From contig OZ316775.1 in assembly GCA_973851085.1 (NCBI GenBank), positions 12,772,001 to 12,836,000 on the forward strand: a stretch of DNA of 64,000 nucleotides, in the 5' to 3' direction. The DNA is from Ptychomitrium polyphyllum. Its lineage: Eukaryota. Every line of letters starts with the position of its first letter. The first letter of the stretch is position 1. Below the pieces are notes generated by a model, which was not told the origin of the DNA, made no database searches, and saw nothing but the letters and a program-made list of their open reading frames with translations. Below, piece after piece: positions 52,001-64,000 of this stretch. Position numbers and translations under genes: made by a program.

Positions 52001-53836
52001 AGATCGATAAGTAATGACAAAGTCAAATCTGGAAAGCGACATACTCCACCTTGCTTGACGGCAATTCAAAACGTGCGCCACTCATGAAATAGTCCAAGTT
52101 CTTGTGGTCTGTGTATATTGTGATGGTATGTTGAACTCCTTCCAACAAGTGTCGCCATTCTTTAAATGCATCCACAATTGCAAGTAGTTCTTTATCATGT
52201 ATCTCATAGTTGATCTTTGCTGCTAAGAACTTCCTTGAACAAAAAGCAATAGTATGGAGTCTTCCATTTTCATCATATTGTGAAAGTACTAAGCTAAGCG
52301 CAAAATCTAAGGCATCTGCTTCCAAATAGAAAGGCTTTGATGGATTTGGATAAATAATGATTGGAGCTGACTTCTTAAGACTTTGAAATGTTTTTTCCTC
52401 CTCTTCATTCAAAGTGAATTTTTGTTTTTCCGTAAGCCGTGTCAATGGTGCCACAATCTTGAAATAATCCTTGATGAATATCGTGTAGAAGTTTGCAATA
52501 TTCAAGAAGCTTTGAACATCGCAAATTGATCTTGGTGTACTCCACTCCATGACAATGCTTATTTTCTTCTCATCCATATAGATTCCTCCTTTGGAAACGA
52601 TGTGTCACAAACATAGATCATGCAACATAATCCTTAGAACATTCTAGAACCTTCTAGTATACTATAATAGCTTCTTAGAATATTTTTAATTGTCTCCATA
52701 GCCTTTTCATGTTCTTAAAAAGCTTCCTAGGAAAGTTCCACCACCTTAGGCAACTTCCTATGAAGGTTCTATCTCTTTAAGAAACTTCTTAAGAAGGTTC
52801 CACTACCTTAAGGAACTTCCAAGGAAGCTTCCAACATCTTAAGAAACTTCTTGGAAATATTCTCTAGACTTTTAGAATATTCTTAAGCCTTGTAATTAGC
52901 TTCTTTAGAAATATTCTAGGAGATACAAACATCATAGTATAAATAGGAGGCAAGACAAGGTATTCCTTACTCTTGCCAATATAAGTTGTGGATCATCTTG
53001 AATCCTGCCTTGTTTTAGTCTTTGTATCAAGTTCTTGTTAATCATTAGCTCTTTGGAAGCTAATTCTTAAGAAACACTTTGTTTTTGCTTCTTGTTTCTT
53101 GTGTCCGTAACACAATGTAGCAAAAAAATTCAACCGAGGATTCATGGAAAATGCACTTCTCCAATTTGGCATATAATCCTCGCTGGCGTAGTTTTTTTAA
53201 GACCAATCGCATATAACATTTGTGGTCTCATTCATCCTTTAGATATATCAAAATATCATCCAAGTAGATGACTATAAAATTGTTCAAGTATTCATGGAAG
53301 ATATCATTCATCATATATTGGAAGACTGTAGGAGCATTAGTAGGGCCAAAAGGCATAACATTATACTCAAAATAACCATACTTTGATCGAAAAGCTGTCT
53401 TCCATTCGTCTCCTTCTTTGATGCCTATAAGATTGTAGGCTCTTTTAAGATCAATTTTGATGAACATCTTTGCTTGACCAAGTTGCTGTAGGAGTCTTAA
53501 GATTAATGGTAATGGATAGCAATTCTTTTTTGTTATTTTATTGAGGCCTCGATAGTCCACGCATATACGTAATGATCCATCTTTCTTCTTTACAAATAGA
53601 ATGGATGCTCCAGCAAGTAAGTTAGAGTGTTGAATGAAGCCCTTTCCAAAGTTTTCATCAACATATTCTCTCAAGGTAGTCAACTCGATTTGTTATAAAT
53701 TATAAATAGGTCCAAAAGATGATTGGGTTCCTTCTTACAACTTAATGGTACAATTACAAGGCCAATACTTTGGTAATATGTCCGCATTTTTCTTCTCAAA
53801 AACGTCTATATAATCTTGGTATTGATGAGGTATGCC
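49026..53836 (-). mobile_element. Chromovirus A3, 5'-truncated (no gag, protease or 5' LTR)
   Basis: 3' LTR 49026-49752, PPT, ORF3 remnant ~49810-50247, chromodomain, integrase, RNase H and RT; homology to A1 ends at ~53836. Confidence 0.9.
52603..53112 (+). mobile_element. Family A solo LTR inserted antisense into A3
   Basis: TGTCACAAACATAG...CCGTAACA, TSD CGATG/CAATG, TATA box tataaatagg. Confidence 0.9.
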
Positions 53837-54132
53837 CCTTGATTCTTGTTTTGGTAAGAAACCTTTTCTAAACTCTAAATCATCTTCATTTATAACCCTT
53901 TCTGCCTGGAATAATCAACTGACAAAAATGATGGTCATGTCCTCTAGTCCTGCTTGCTATGCGTCTGAAAGCTGAAGAGAAGGCTGCCTCATCTTTGCCT
54001 ACAAAGTAATTAAGCCTATATAATATGTCAAGTTATGGTGATCATTTAGTTTCTCAAAATATGCTAGAATAAGTGCTTAACATACATACTTCCTTGGCAT
54101 ATGTTGTGAAGCTTTGTTTGAGAATATTATAG

Positions 54133-55120
54133 CTTCCATTCAACCTTCTGTACAGATCCTCAAAGTATTTTTTCTGAACTGCTTTCGCCGTCTCATTTTG
54201 ACTCCCTTAGTCAAGGTTGATGCTGGATCCAGAATCCCTATGTTATTCATGTGGTTTTCGCTCGATTCCAGCTACATAGTGGATCAATCGTAGGCAATCT
54301 TCTGAAGATTCTTACACTAGCCACTGAGCTCAATTGAAGTTCTGCAGCAAGTTTCCTTACACAATTCTGTACAGGAGTGCTCTAAAACCGTATGTGGTCG
54401 GGTGCTGCAGATCATACTATCCGATTTCTTCCTCAGTGACCAGCTAACAAGCCAGGTCTTAGAATTTAGGAATATCCAGTACGTGACTTGCTACTTTCCC
54501 ACGGGATTCTTTTTGACCGGAGGCGATACCAGATGCTATAACAATGAGATTTTCAGAGGTTTCGGATACGTGGTAGCGTTACTCCTATATTTGTAACGCA
54601 TTTTACAGGTATGATTAAGCAACATGAGAGGAGTTTTACAACAGGCACATTCTATTACTTGTACTTACTCAGATACTGCTCGGGCCATGATAAGCAGCGT
54701 GAACGACAGAGTCGAGTAATGTGGCTGAGAGCAGAGCATACAGTTGACAATTGCAATCAGGGTGATGTGACTAGAGTAAAGAACTGGTGCACAGTTAACC
54801 AATTCTTATACTAAAAACTAGAAAAGTTTAAATACTTCGAAATGTTCTGGCCAGGACTATGCTACATAATGCAGCTGGAGAATGCTGGAAAGTATGCAAC
54901 AACCATTGTGGCTTTGGGTTTGAGACAAGCATATTCAAACAACGGAGAGATGAAGATATTGATGTGGTTGGGTGTTATAGCATCCTTCTTTGCGACCATC
55001 TACGCCGGCTACTGCGATTTGGGTGTCGATTGGGGTCTGATCAATCGCCATTCAAAGAACACATGGCTTAGAGACAAGATCATCACGATAAATAAATTCT
55101 ATCTACTTCATCTATCGTAA
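54133..55120 (+). pseudogene. PHO1: PHO1-family (SPX-EXS phosphate exporter) pseudogene fragment, EXS region only
   Basis: Exon remnants PFNLLYRSSKYFF(frameshift)..PLVK, DFFLSDQLTSQ..YL*RILQ and NAGKY..DLGVDWGL..KNTWLRDK; 1-bp frameshift near 54170 and in-frame TAA at 54594; no SPX domain seen upstream. Confidence 0.78.
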
Positions 55121-56345
55121 GTTCACTAACCTCAAGTTCTTGTGGGACCAGATGCACTGTTCAAGAAACGATTCGATGATTTTCAGTTCAGTTATCATAG
55201 GTGTCACTTAATTTGTAAATCCAAACATTTTAAAGCGCCTTGTCAGAGTCTTGAGTTCCTCTGAACAATAGCAGCGGGTAGGCTGTTGTATCGACTCTGA
55301 AGTAACATACCGTGTTCCCTTCTAAACCAGAATGATGTATTGTGCAGATTCAACTCGTGTGATTTTCATTCTAAAATTCCTTTTTTATATCGCTCTGAGT
55401 TCCTATGTTACGTAAAGAAATCTTGTAACTTCTGAATTTAACCGGTAGACTATCAGGAACGTTGTTCTAGCCATCCACCTGACCAGAGACTTGTAATCGG
55501 TTGTGTTTGCACGATTGAAAATGAGCATCTGTAATGTAGGCAAATACAGAGTTGTGAAAGCTGCTCCTTCGCCATTCCACGTTGATTAGATGGGAAGTGG
55601 GGTTCCCTATGGCCGTGAGATCTCCCGGGTCGCGTAGAGGCCCTGTAGCCGTGGAAACCCCGGAGAAGGGCCACGGTGGGAAGCTGAATCTTTCCAAATT
55701 GTTTGAGGCTGTGACGAGTTGGGCCCGACGCAGAATATAAGGCGCTCCAAACAAGCTCGGGCTTCGTGTTATTTCTTATAAGACCTCAGTTCAACATGGG
55801 AAGTCGAACGCCATATATAAATCAATTTTGCTGATCATGTTGATATGAACACACGACGGTCTTTTTTCGAAAGGGAAACTAGACGTTCTTCTTTTGAAAG
55901 GGAAACTAGATGGAAATGGAAGCATGTATTGAGTAAAGCAGACCAACTGGTATGTAACCTCCACATTCTTCCAATAGTCTCGAAGGACAATTTTACACAC
56001 AAATTTCTGCTAATGTGTGACAAGTTCTCTTGAATAAAAGCCCTTTTAGAAATCTCCATGCACCTCTCATGTTCTCAAGGATTGAAAGCGTCAAATGCAT
56101 TTCCCGCTGTAACCGAGTCATTGATAACCGTGAGCACCCTTGTGGGTTAGCCACTACAAGAGAACATCATCCTATACGAATCTGATATAATATATAGAAC
56201 AACAAACCTGCAGGCCCCGCCATCAACTCAAGAAACTTGGTGTGAAGATCCTCTACCCACAAGGACAACATTACACCGAGATCTGGTCGAACTCATTACC
56301 TGGGTGCAGAGTACCTGACTATTTGAATGAAACTCGCTAGTACAC

Positions 56346-59300
56346 TTAAATGAGACAAGCCACTAACAATGTAACAAAGACGAGCAGCACTGACTGAATG
56401 CTGTGGTACAAGGCAGTTGCAGCAGAACCCACTGGGTTTGCTGGTGGGGGCCGAATAGTAATAGGGGGAGGAGTCGACACCAAAGGCAAGCTGGTTGGAG
56501 GCGGTATAGCAATCCCAGGTGCAGTCCCAGGTGGAAAACTAGTTGGAGTCAAGTCAGCTTTACCTGTCCCACATAACTAGTCATCAGCAGCACGAAAGGA
56601 AGCGCGCTCTATATATCCTTTCAACATATCCAATTATGTGTCCAAATTGCTTCACGAATACAAAAACAGTTAGGCCTTTTTAGTTTCTGCTCAACACACA
56701 ACTGGATCATGAAAATTAAAATGCTTACAATCTGAGGGAGTCCACCCGATCACCATTTTTGCGCGGTTGTAGGTGATCGAATAATTTGTCATGAAATTCT
56801 CTGCAAAATAGGTAATACGCTATCACTCCATATACACTCTTCGATGCGAAACACACAACATCTTTGAGTACATTAAGATTAACTATCTTTCTAAGCTGCA
56901 GAATTTCATCCTTAAAGGTAAACAAAAGACAGTCATGAGTGGGTATAATGCACTTACGACCGATGATCGAAAGAGCAGCCCCACTGTCCATTACTGTTAC
57001 GCAAACCGCAACCATTTTGCCTGTCTGAAGAACAGGCACAAGAATAAGAACACGATAGTCAGAGGCAAAAACAATACTAGCAGAATATTCACCATAACAA
57101 GTGTGAAGATTGTGTCCTTATTTAATAACGCGCTAACCAGTTCGGTCCTATGCAAATGGTCTGTACATTGAAAGTAAGAAAGATGAAAATAATAATTATA
57201 CCGATGATCAAAGAAAATAGGACATCAAAACCAATCCGATTCAAGTGAAAAATCAAACTTACATCATCAACGATACTTTTAAGACCACTGACAACATCCA
57301 ATGTGTTCCCACCAGCTAACGCCAAGTTAACCATTGGAACTTGAAAATTTGTGTCGCTGTGATTGCAAAGGGCACCCAACCGATTATGCTTGAGTCACCA
57401 ATATGAGATCGTGAGTGATCAACACTATCAACCTTGTCCACGGCTACTAGGACAATAACTCTCCAAAATCTATTTTCATAAAATAGCCATAACTTTTCAG
57501 ATTACACAAGCAGTTTAATGAATCAAAGTTGACTAGATAGTTAATAGATCATAGGCCTAATAATGTCACAGATTCCACTTCATATTAATACAAGCACTGG
57601 AGTAGAATTTGAAAATTGTTTCTCATTAAGCAACCAGATATAAAAAGAAAATTGTTAAAACAAACCTCGCCTGGTAGCAGAGATCCCAATTATTGAACGT
57701 ATATTTCGGTAATACCATCTGCGAGTCATACTGCAATTCCGAGAACACACACATTACTTGAAAGCTGTCGAAAGCATAATTGTGAGGGAAAACTACTCTA
57801 TTCTTAAATGACAATGTGGACAACCATACTTGAGATTGATATAGAATGAAAGAGGGATAAGAAAGAATAGGTAAGAAAACTCACAGCCGCCACAAACTGG
57901 GGGTAGACGGTCTTCGAAAGGTACGTAAACGAAGTTCCAGTATCAAAGAGGGCCATTGATGCCATAGGTATAGAAGTGCTCCCAACAGTAACCGAATCGA
58001 TCTCCACGATATATGTATCGCTATATGACAAAGTACATAAACATCAGATGATACGATTGAAAAGCACATGCATGCACTTTCATGCATGCCATTAATAAAA
58101 CTTATTCCAGTGAGACGTAAAATGCTATGGTCCTATGCTCATACAAGACCAATTGGAAGTCATAAGCATTGAAGGAGAACACGACCAGAATATAGCTACG
58201 AAACTTACAGTCCTGAGATTGACTTGTCAACAATAGGGGTGGTACGCTGTGCGGCGGGCCCCTCATCGCCGAAAGTAAGCATTCCTCCTCCACCAGGACT
58301 GAAGCACATACTGAAAGTATCTAGCAGCTGGCCCGTGCTGGCTAACTTGCTAGGAACAGATATAGACGTTGTTCCAAGTCCCATAAGTCCATCAGGAGCA
58401 GCGCCTTTAAGAAGTGAACCTGTTTGCATCTTGCCACACCTGCAACAGTAAAGAAAACATCCAAGATTCAAGTTAGTAAATTTCATAAAGACCAATTTTC
58501 AAAAATGCAAAAATTTGATATGTGCCCCTGCTGGAGAATAACCCTTCAAACAGTGACACGCTAGGAATTGTAAAGATTTACTGGAGGAAGAGAATGTACT
58601 AACCCCAAATAGATAGGCAACTTGACGGCAGTCCCTCCTGCCTCCCGCGTGAAATACATGAAGTCTTCATAAAGTGTCCCAGACGTGGAGGTGTTTGCAG
58701 AAACGTAGTTAATTTCGTAAGGGCATTGGTCCGTCATTGTAGCACACGACGCCGACTTCTCGCACAGAGGATCACTGCAAAGAACTGGCTTCGAAGTTGA
58801 GGATTGCGCTGGCGTGTAAACATTCAGTATACTCTGCGAAACGTGTCCAAAAGTGGCAGGATAAGTTCAAGCACCTTCCGTCCAATTCGCGAAGCTTAAT
58901 CTGCGATACATGCAAGCTTGACCACTGTGAAGGAAATCGAGTAAGAGGAAGTCTTACAGTGCGGGGGTCTTTACTCGGGGCTGACAATGGCGCACACGAC
59001 ACACAATCGCAGGGGATCCACAACAAGTCACTTCCAGTATCCAGGACCACCAAGAACTGCACACTGGGCGTTCCAATATCTATGTAGCTGTAGTGCAATC
59101 TGCAAAAATTAGAAAAAGATCACTTGAGTCGCTAAGAATAAAAATTCACAAGGCTCAAGCTGTGGTTCTCACACACACCACCGCCATAGCTGAAGACTAA
59201 CGTGACATCACGACAGCTAGGGTACTGAAGCCGCATTCTAAGAATAGTGATGCCCGAGATGGATGGGATCCCCGAAAGGGCAGAATGCAGAGCGAGAGAA

Positions 59301-59773
59301 ACAACACGGATAAGATAGAGCAGATCCAGAGGAGTAGTGGGCTCGTCCGTCGAGCACGAGCAGTGCACAAACAATGCTACAAATCAACAGAAGCAAATGG
59401 AATTTGAGGACATAAGGGAAGCTGGAAGGGAAACGCACCCTCCGCCGAACAGCTGCTCCGTAGCATTCCCCTGCGAGAACACGTACTGGTCCTGCGACGT
59501 GGCAGCCAGCATCCGGCGTGCCGTGTGTATATGGCGAGCGACGTCGTGGTCGCGCAACATGGTCTGGAAGCGAACAGTGCCCTCCATGGGCCAATCCGCG
59601 GCGTAGTTCATGCCGTAGCGAATCCGCATAGCCTGCACCGCCTGGGTGGAGAACTTGTGGAACAACTCCATCTTCATGGCGTCAACAACCGAAGCCACGG
59701 CGAGCAAAACTAGGAACCCACATTGCAGCAGCAGCGCCACTGAAACCCCCCGAGAGCGCACGAGTGAGGCCAT
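56346..59773 (-). CDS. A1-family aspartic protease, secreted and probably GPI-anchored; exons 59773-59439, 59099-58958, 58833-58604, 58439-58209, 58020-57885, 57730-57666, 57356-57263, 57024-56958, 56800-56729, 56563-56346
   Basis: Signal peptide, LHYSYIDIGTP, DTGSDLLW and DTGTSFT catalytic motifs, IIGQNFM, Pro-rich linker and hydrophobic C-terminal tail; GT-AG introns with consistent phases. Confidence 0.9.
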
Positions 59774-62075
59774 GGTGGACAGGAAAGCTCCTAGAGGAGA
59801 GACGGAAGAGACCGCAGTTCGGGGGAGGGGGGGGTTGCAAAGGCTGCGAGAGAGGAGACACAGCTTGCGTCGCATGTCCCAGGTCCCCGTGCTGGTGCAA
59901 GCAAGCGGCCCTGCTCCTGCTGCTGCAATGGAGTAAAGTTACTCCAACAGAGTGAAATTCAGAGCACTGCTCGATGACGTCCCTCACGCCTTCGTGCCTC
60001 GTCCACCATGGTGGTGGTGCAGCGGCGCGCTTTGCCGAAGTCGGGTCGGATCTCGGTCCCCTTTTTCCACCTGATCGCCCTCGCCCCACAATACTGAACA
60101 TTCTGGGAGATCGCATGTCTACCCACGGTACATGCCAACAGTGGTGGGGCAGGGGGGGGCTCTTGCTCTCTTGCTCCTGTGTGCAACTGTGCACGGCAAC
60201 TTATGGTACCAACGGGGGTCGTGCCCCTAGCTTTACTACACTACTACTACTACTTTACGAAGTAACTAACGGCACGCAATCTTGCTGAAAGATGATAACT
60301 AACTAACTTCGTCAGCATCGTGCGGGTGGGGCTGGGTGGGGTCGGGTCGGGTCGGGAAGGCCCCCCTGCCTCCGCGCATATCTGGTCACTTTCACGTCCG
60401 TTTGTTTTCATTCCGTCGGTTGGTGCCTGCCCCCAGTGCCACATACATACGGGAGGCCATCTCAGCGTCCTTCCCCCGACTGTGGCTGAGGCACCCTTTC
60501 CCGTGGGTTTCAGCCCCAGTGCCTTGATGCATGCATACATTGGATTTCACACGATTATCGTTGGCTTATCTATATTGTGCGCGGATTTCAAACCAACCAA
60601 AACAATTAAAAACTAATAGCACTGGCAGAATTGCCCTCTGAGAATACCCTTTTCACAAGCATAAAGTAAGGCAACCCTCACAAGTTCATCCAAATTTGAA
60701 CTTCATTATGTTCAAAGTAAATTATTAGAATTTCTCTAATGTTTTGGTACCAAAATCAATATTCAACACTAGAATCTTCATTAAAAAAATGCCTATATAA
60801 AATTGCTATTGTAATTGTCTTTTTACAACAATTTCGACATTTCACAATATTTTTATTTAGGCAACACTATAAACAAATTTATTATAGGTTTTTTAAATTT
60901 GAAATGATTAATTAATCAAATATGTGTCACTATAATCACATGCATAGGTCTTTTTTTAAATTAGTTATAACTATGATTAAGGTAGTCATAATTTAGATAA
61001 TTTAATTTTTATATTTGGTTTCTAAATATTCTTAGTCCTATGGCTTCACATTTTATAATTAAATATTCTGATGTAAATTGATATTAATTTATAAAATTAC
61101 ATTGGAAAAATCAAGCATACATTCTATAAACATGCATAAGCATTCTTTTTAATATTTGATTATGAAGATGTAAAATAGTGACACAAATAAATACAGCCAT
61201 GAAGGTCAATATTCCAATTTTGACACTTAAATTTAACAATTTTTCAACTTTCAAAACCTATTAAAATATTTAAATAGAATATAGTCATTGATATCCATAT
61301 TATGAGAAAATCATTGGAACAAATTTGCATTCTATATAGAACTCCCCACATTGTTTTGAAACTTAAGTTATTGAATTTTTAAATTTTTTAAAATATTCTT
61401 AAAATAATTGTATAAGAATAAAATTATTTATATATAAAATTAATTCTTTTTAGCCTTATGAAGAAATTAATTACATTTGTAATTTTTATCTACAATTATT
61501 AAAAAAAGATTCTAAGAAAATAGAATCCTTGAAGTAGTATTCAAAAAAGTTTTTATTTTTTGCTATTTTAGGGCCTATAATTATTTCACCTTCTTTTTGG
61601 TTTATATTAAATTTTATTCCTACTTTGAATCTAGCATAGGTTGGAATTGATTCCTACATATTAGCAAATTATCCACCATATATAATCTTTGAATAAATCT
61701 ACTATCAATAAAAATAAATTCTTAATTGGTTTTTATAAAAGTATTTGATCAAGAATGAATAGCTACAAAAATAATTTTTATCAATTTTAACTTTTCAATT
61801 AATTCTAGATTGCCAAAGTCATAAAAAAATACCCCTTTTCAATGTTTGTAATTTAACTTTAAATTACAAACACTACATTAACTTTGTATCTTTTCTTCTT
61901 AAATAACAACTCTAAAGATTGATTTGTTAGATTTTTGAGCAAGGACATTAACCAACAAAATTACTTAGTGTGACTAATAAAAAGAATAAACATGTGAAGA
62001 TTGATTTATACAAAGGAACGAATGGAACAAAGCGAATAAGAATAGAACCCGCTACTCTACTTGGGAACGAGGCTA

Positions 62076-64000
62076 TCAGTCCTGGACGGGAACGGCGGAG
62101 ATGCGAGAGTCCGTCACGGACGCCGCCCCCGCGGGCGGGGGCGGGGGCGTGGGCTCGAGGCCCGTGAGGTGGGGGCAGAGCGCCAGGAAGAAGGGCTCGT
62201 AGTCGCGGGGCGGCGGGGGGTTGGCGGGGTCGACGCGGTACGGCTGGCTGAAGGGGACGGTGCTCTTCACCTCAAACGTCTTGTCGCGAGCAGCCGGTGA
62301 CACCAAAGCGTCCGCGATGATGCGGGCCACTTCCAGGCGCGAGATTTTGCCCGTAATGTTGTCGCCCTGCTCGAACTGCAGCTCCGCGCCAGCAGGCTCC
62401 TCCGTCAGAGCACACGGTCTGACCACTGTGTAGGGGATTCCGCTCGCCCTCACCTCGTCTTCGCCCTTGAGCTTGTACGTTAGAATATATCCCAGTTCCT
62501 TGTTCATGCGCACTGCTGGTGGTTGTTTGGTCAAGTCCAGCCCAGGTCTGTCGGGTCTCGTCACGCCGGCCGAACTCAAGTGCACGATGTGGGGCGCCAT
62601 GGACTTCATCAGGTATGCTTTGATGCTGGCGATGGAAAGCTCGAATGGCCCCGCTTCGAATTTGGGGTTCAGTTTTTCATCGTATTCGAACTTGCTGTAT
62701 AGTAGCTGCAGTGACGCAATCCGGGCGGTGTCGAAGGGCGGGGCGTTTTTCACTGTTCGAGCCCGGAATATCGGCACAAAGGATGAGAATGGGAGGCGGA
62801 TCGTCTGCCACTCCTTCTCTGTGTCGAACCCGCACGTGTAGCCCATGGCGTCCCAGTCTGTGCTCGTGCGCACTCTGCAGGTCCCAGGAGTAAGTTAACC
62901 CAATTTTCAGACAACGTCCAATACATTGAGTTCTCTTGGTGGAAGCCCAGTTAACGTGTAGGTTGATCACGAACGTGGTTGCCATGACTGAGAAAGTGTA
63001 GAACATTAGGTTATCATGACAGAAATCATAGGGCTAGATTACTGGTTGCTATGCATGCCCTAATTTGCACCATATCTCAGTGTCCTACTCAACTGCCATG
63101 ATCGTGATTGAATACTACGAGTTCGCTATTGCAATATGTACCCCGAGGAATGACAAAAATCGATTGAAATAGATGATGCAAGTGCTTACATAAACTTGAA
63201 GCGGTGGCCATCACCTTTGATTCGAAATTCAAACCCTTCGTAGGCGCTCAAATCCTGGAGGGGCTCGAAATTCCTGGACCGAATGCTGGCGAAGCCGCCA
63301 TTGTTGTCAGTGGAAACATAGCCTTTGAACAAGCCCACTGGTTCTCCATCTTCGCCGGCCGTAGGATTTATCTGAAAGGAGCTGGCGCTGACGCCTCCCA
63401 TGACTACGTCGTCCAAAGCGCCCCACGCCGGCCCACTGGGCACTCCGTTGGACGAGACGCAGAAGAGTACTCGCCCTTCATACGGGATGGAAGCGTACTG
63501 CTTCGCCTTCTCCAGAATGTTCTGCAGCCCGCGATACTCCACCGCTTCCGGAGTTTCCCCTTTCACCTCCGGGTCGAAGAATTTGATGCCCTGATAGTAC
63601 TTTTGGCGATCAGCCGTGTCGCCTTCCTTGGGTCCTACGATGCAGCTGTGCGCCACCACGATTTTTGTCACGCTTTTGAAATACTCCGGCAACAATGTGG
63701 CACTCTGCGTGACATCCACTGCCAGGAGTTCTACATCCGAACCCAACAGCTTCTGCGCTTTCTCCAAACTCCTCACCATGGCCCGTACCCGCACCCCTCT
63801 CTTGCGCAATTCGTCCACCACTCGCTTCCCTACCCCGCCCGTCGCGCCTGTAACTAGCACTAAATCGTCACCTCTGCCCTGGCGGTAGCTGCTTGGCTCC
63901 TCTTTCTCCCCCGCCATGGCCTGCATCACCGAGCTCACTAGTTTGCTCAACGAAGCCGGCCCGTTGAAAAAATACAGAGTTTTCACGAAGCGCCCGAAAT
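62076..64000 (-). CDS. NAD(P)-binding Rossmann protein with inserted CIA30 domain (UOS1/HCF173-related family), 5' end beyond the window; intron 62875-63189
   Basis: VLVTGATGGVG, WGALDDVVMGGVS, NNGGFASIRS, LSSAGVTRP, YKLKGEDEVRASGIPYTVVRP; GT-AG intron joins the two ORFs in phase. Confidence 0.88.

Noticed and set aside
55860..55912. Two-copy ~27-bp tandem duplication (gaaagggaaactaga)
   Set aside because: Ordinary local slippage duplication in intergenic or 3' DNA.
59776..60616. Cluster of short ORFs upstream of the aspartic protease, including a longer start at 59875
   Set aside because: GC-rich 5'UTR/promoter by-products; the signal peptide fits the ATG at 59773 better.
60600..61990. Very AT-rich intergenic tract
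   Set aside because: No termini, repeats or coding signal that I can support.
63204..63857. 217-aa plus-strand ORF
   Set aside because: Antisense shadow of the GC-rich Rossmann/CIA30 exon.

Overview
Eukaryotic, intron-rich plant nuclear DNA that looks like a moss (Physcomitrium/Funariaceae-like; inferred from gene content and Tcn1-type chromoviruses). Left arm (1-18.6 kb): first coding exon of a small COX14-like gene missed by the ORF track, a 5-exon LRR receptor kinase lying head-to-head with a many-exon ISE2-like DEVH RNA helicase, and an intronless MBOAT wax-synthase/sterol acyltransferase. Middle (~19-54 kb): a nested block of decayed Ty3/gypsy chromoviruses of two families (called A and B here), several solo LTRs and older relics. 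Right arm: a PHO1/EXS pseudogene fragment, a 10-exon GPI-type aspartic protease and a Rossmann/CIA30 gene running off the window. Main hunt results: (1) an unannotated extra ORF (~145 aa in family A, ~115 codons in family B) between pol and the PPT, open in the family A consensus and conserved at protein level in family B; (2) self-priming PBS/R complementarity with a compensatory change between families, plus a U3 hairpin that could mask the 3' R copy; (3) a 3375-bp near-identical conversion tract between two inverted, otherwise diverged elements; (4) heat-shock-element arrays in the LTRs. All alignments were done by eye; no searches were run.
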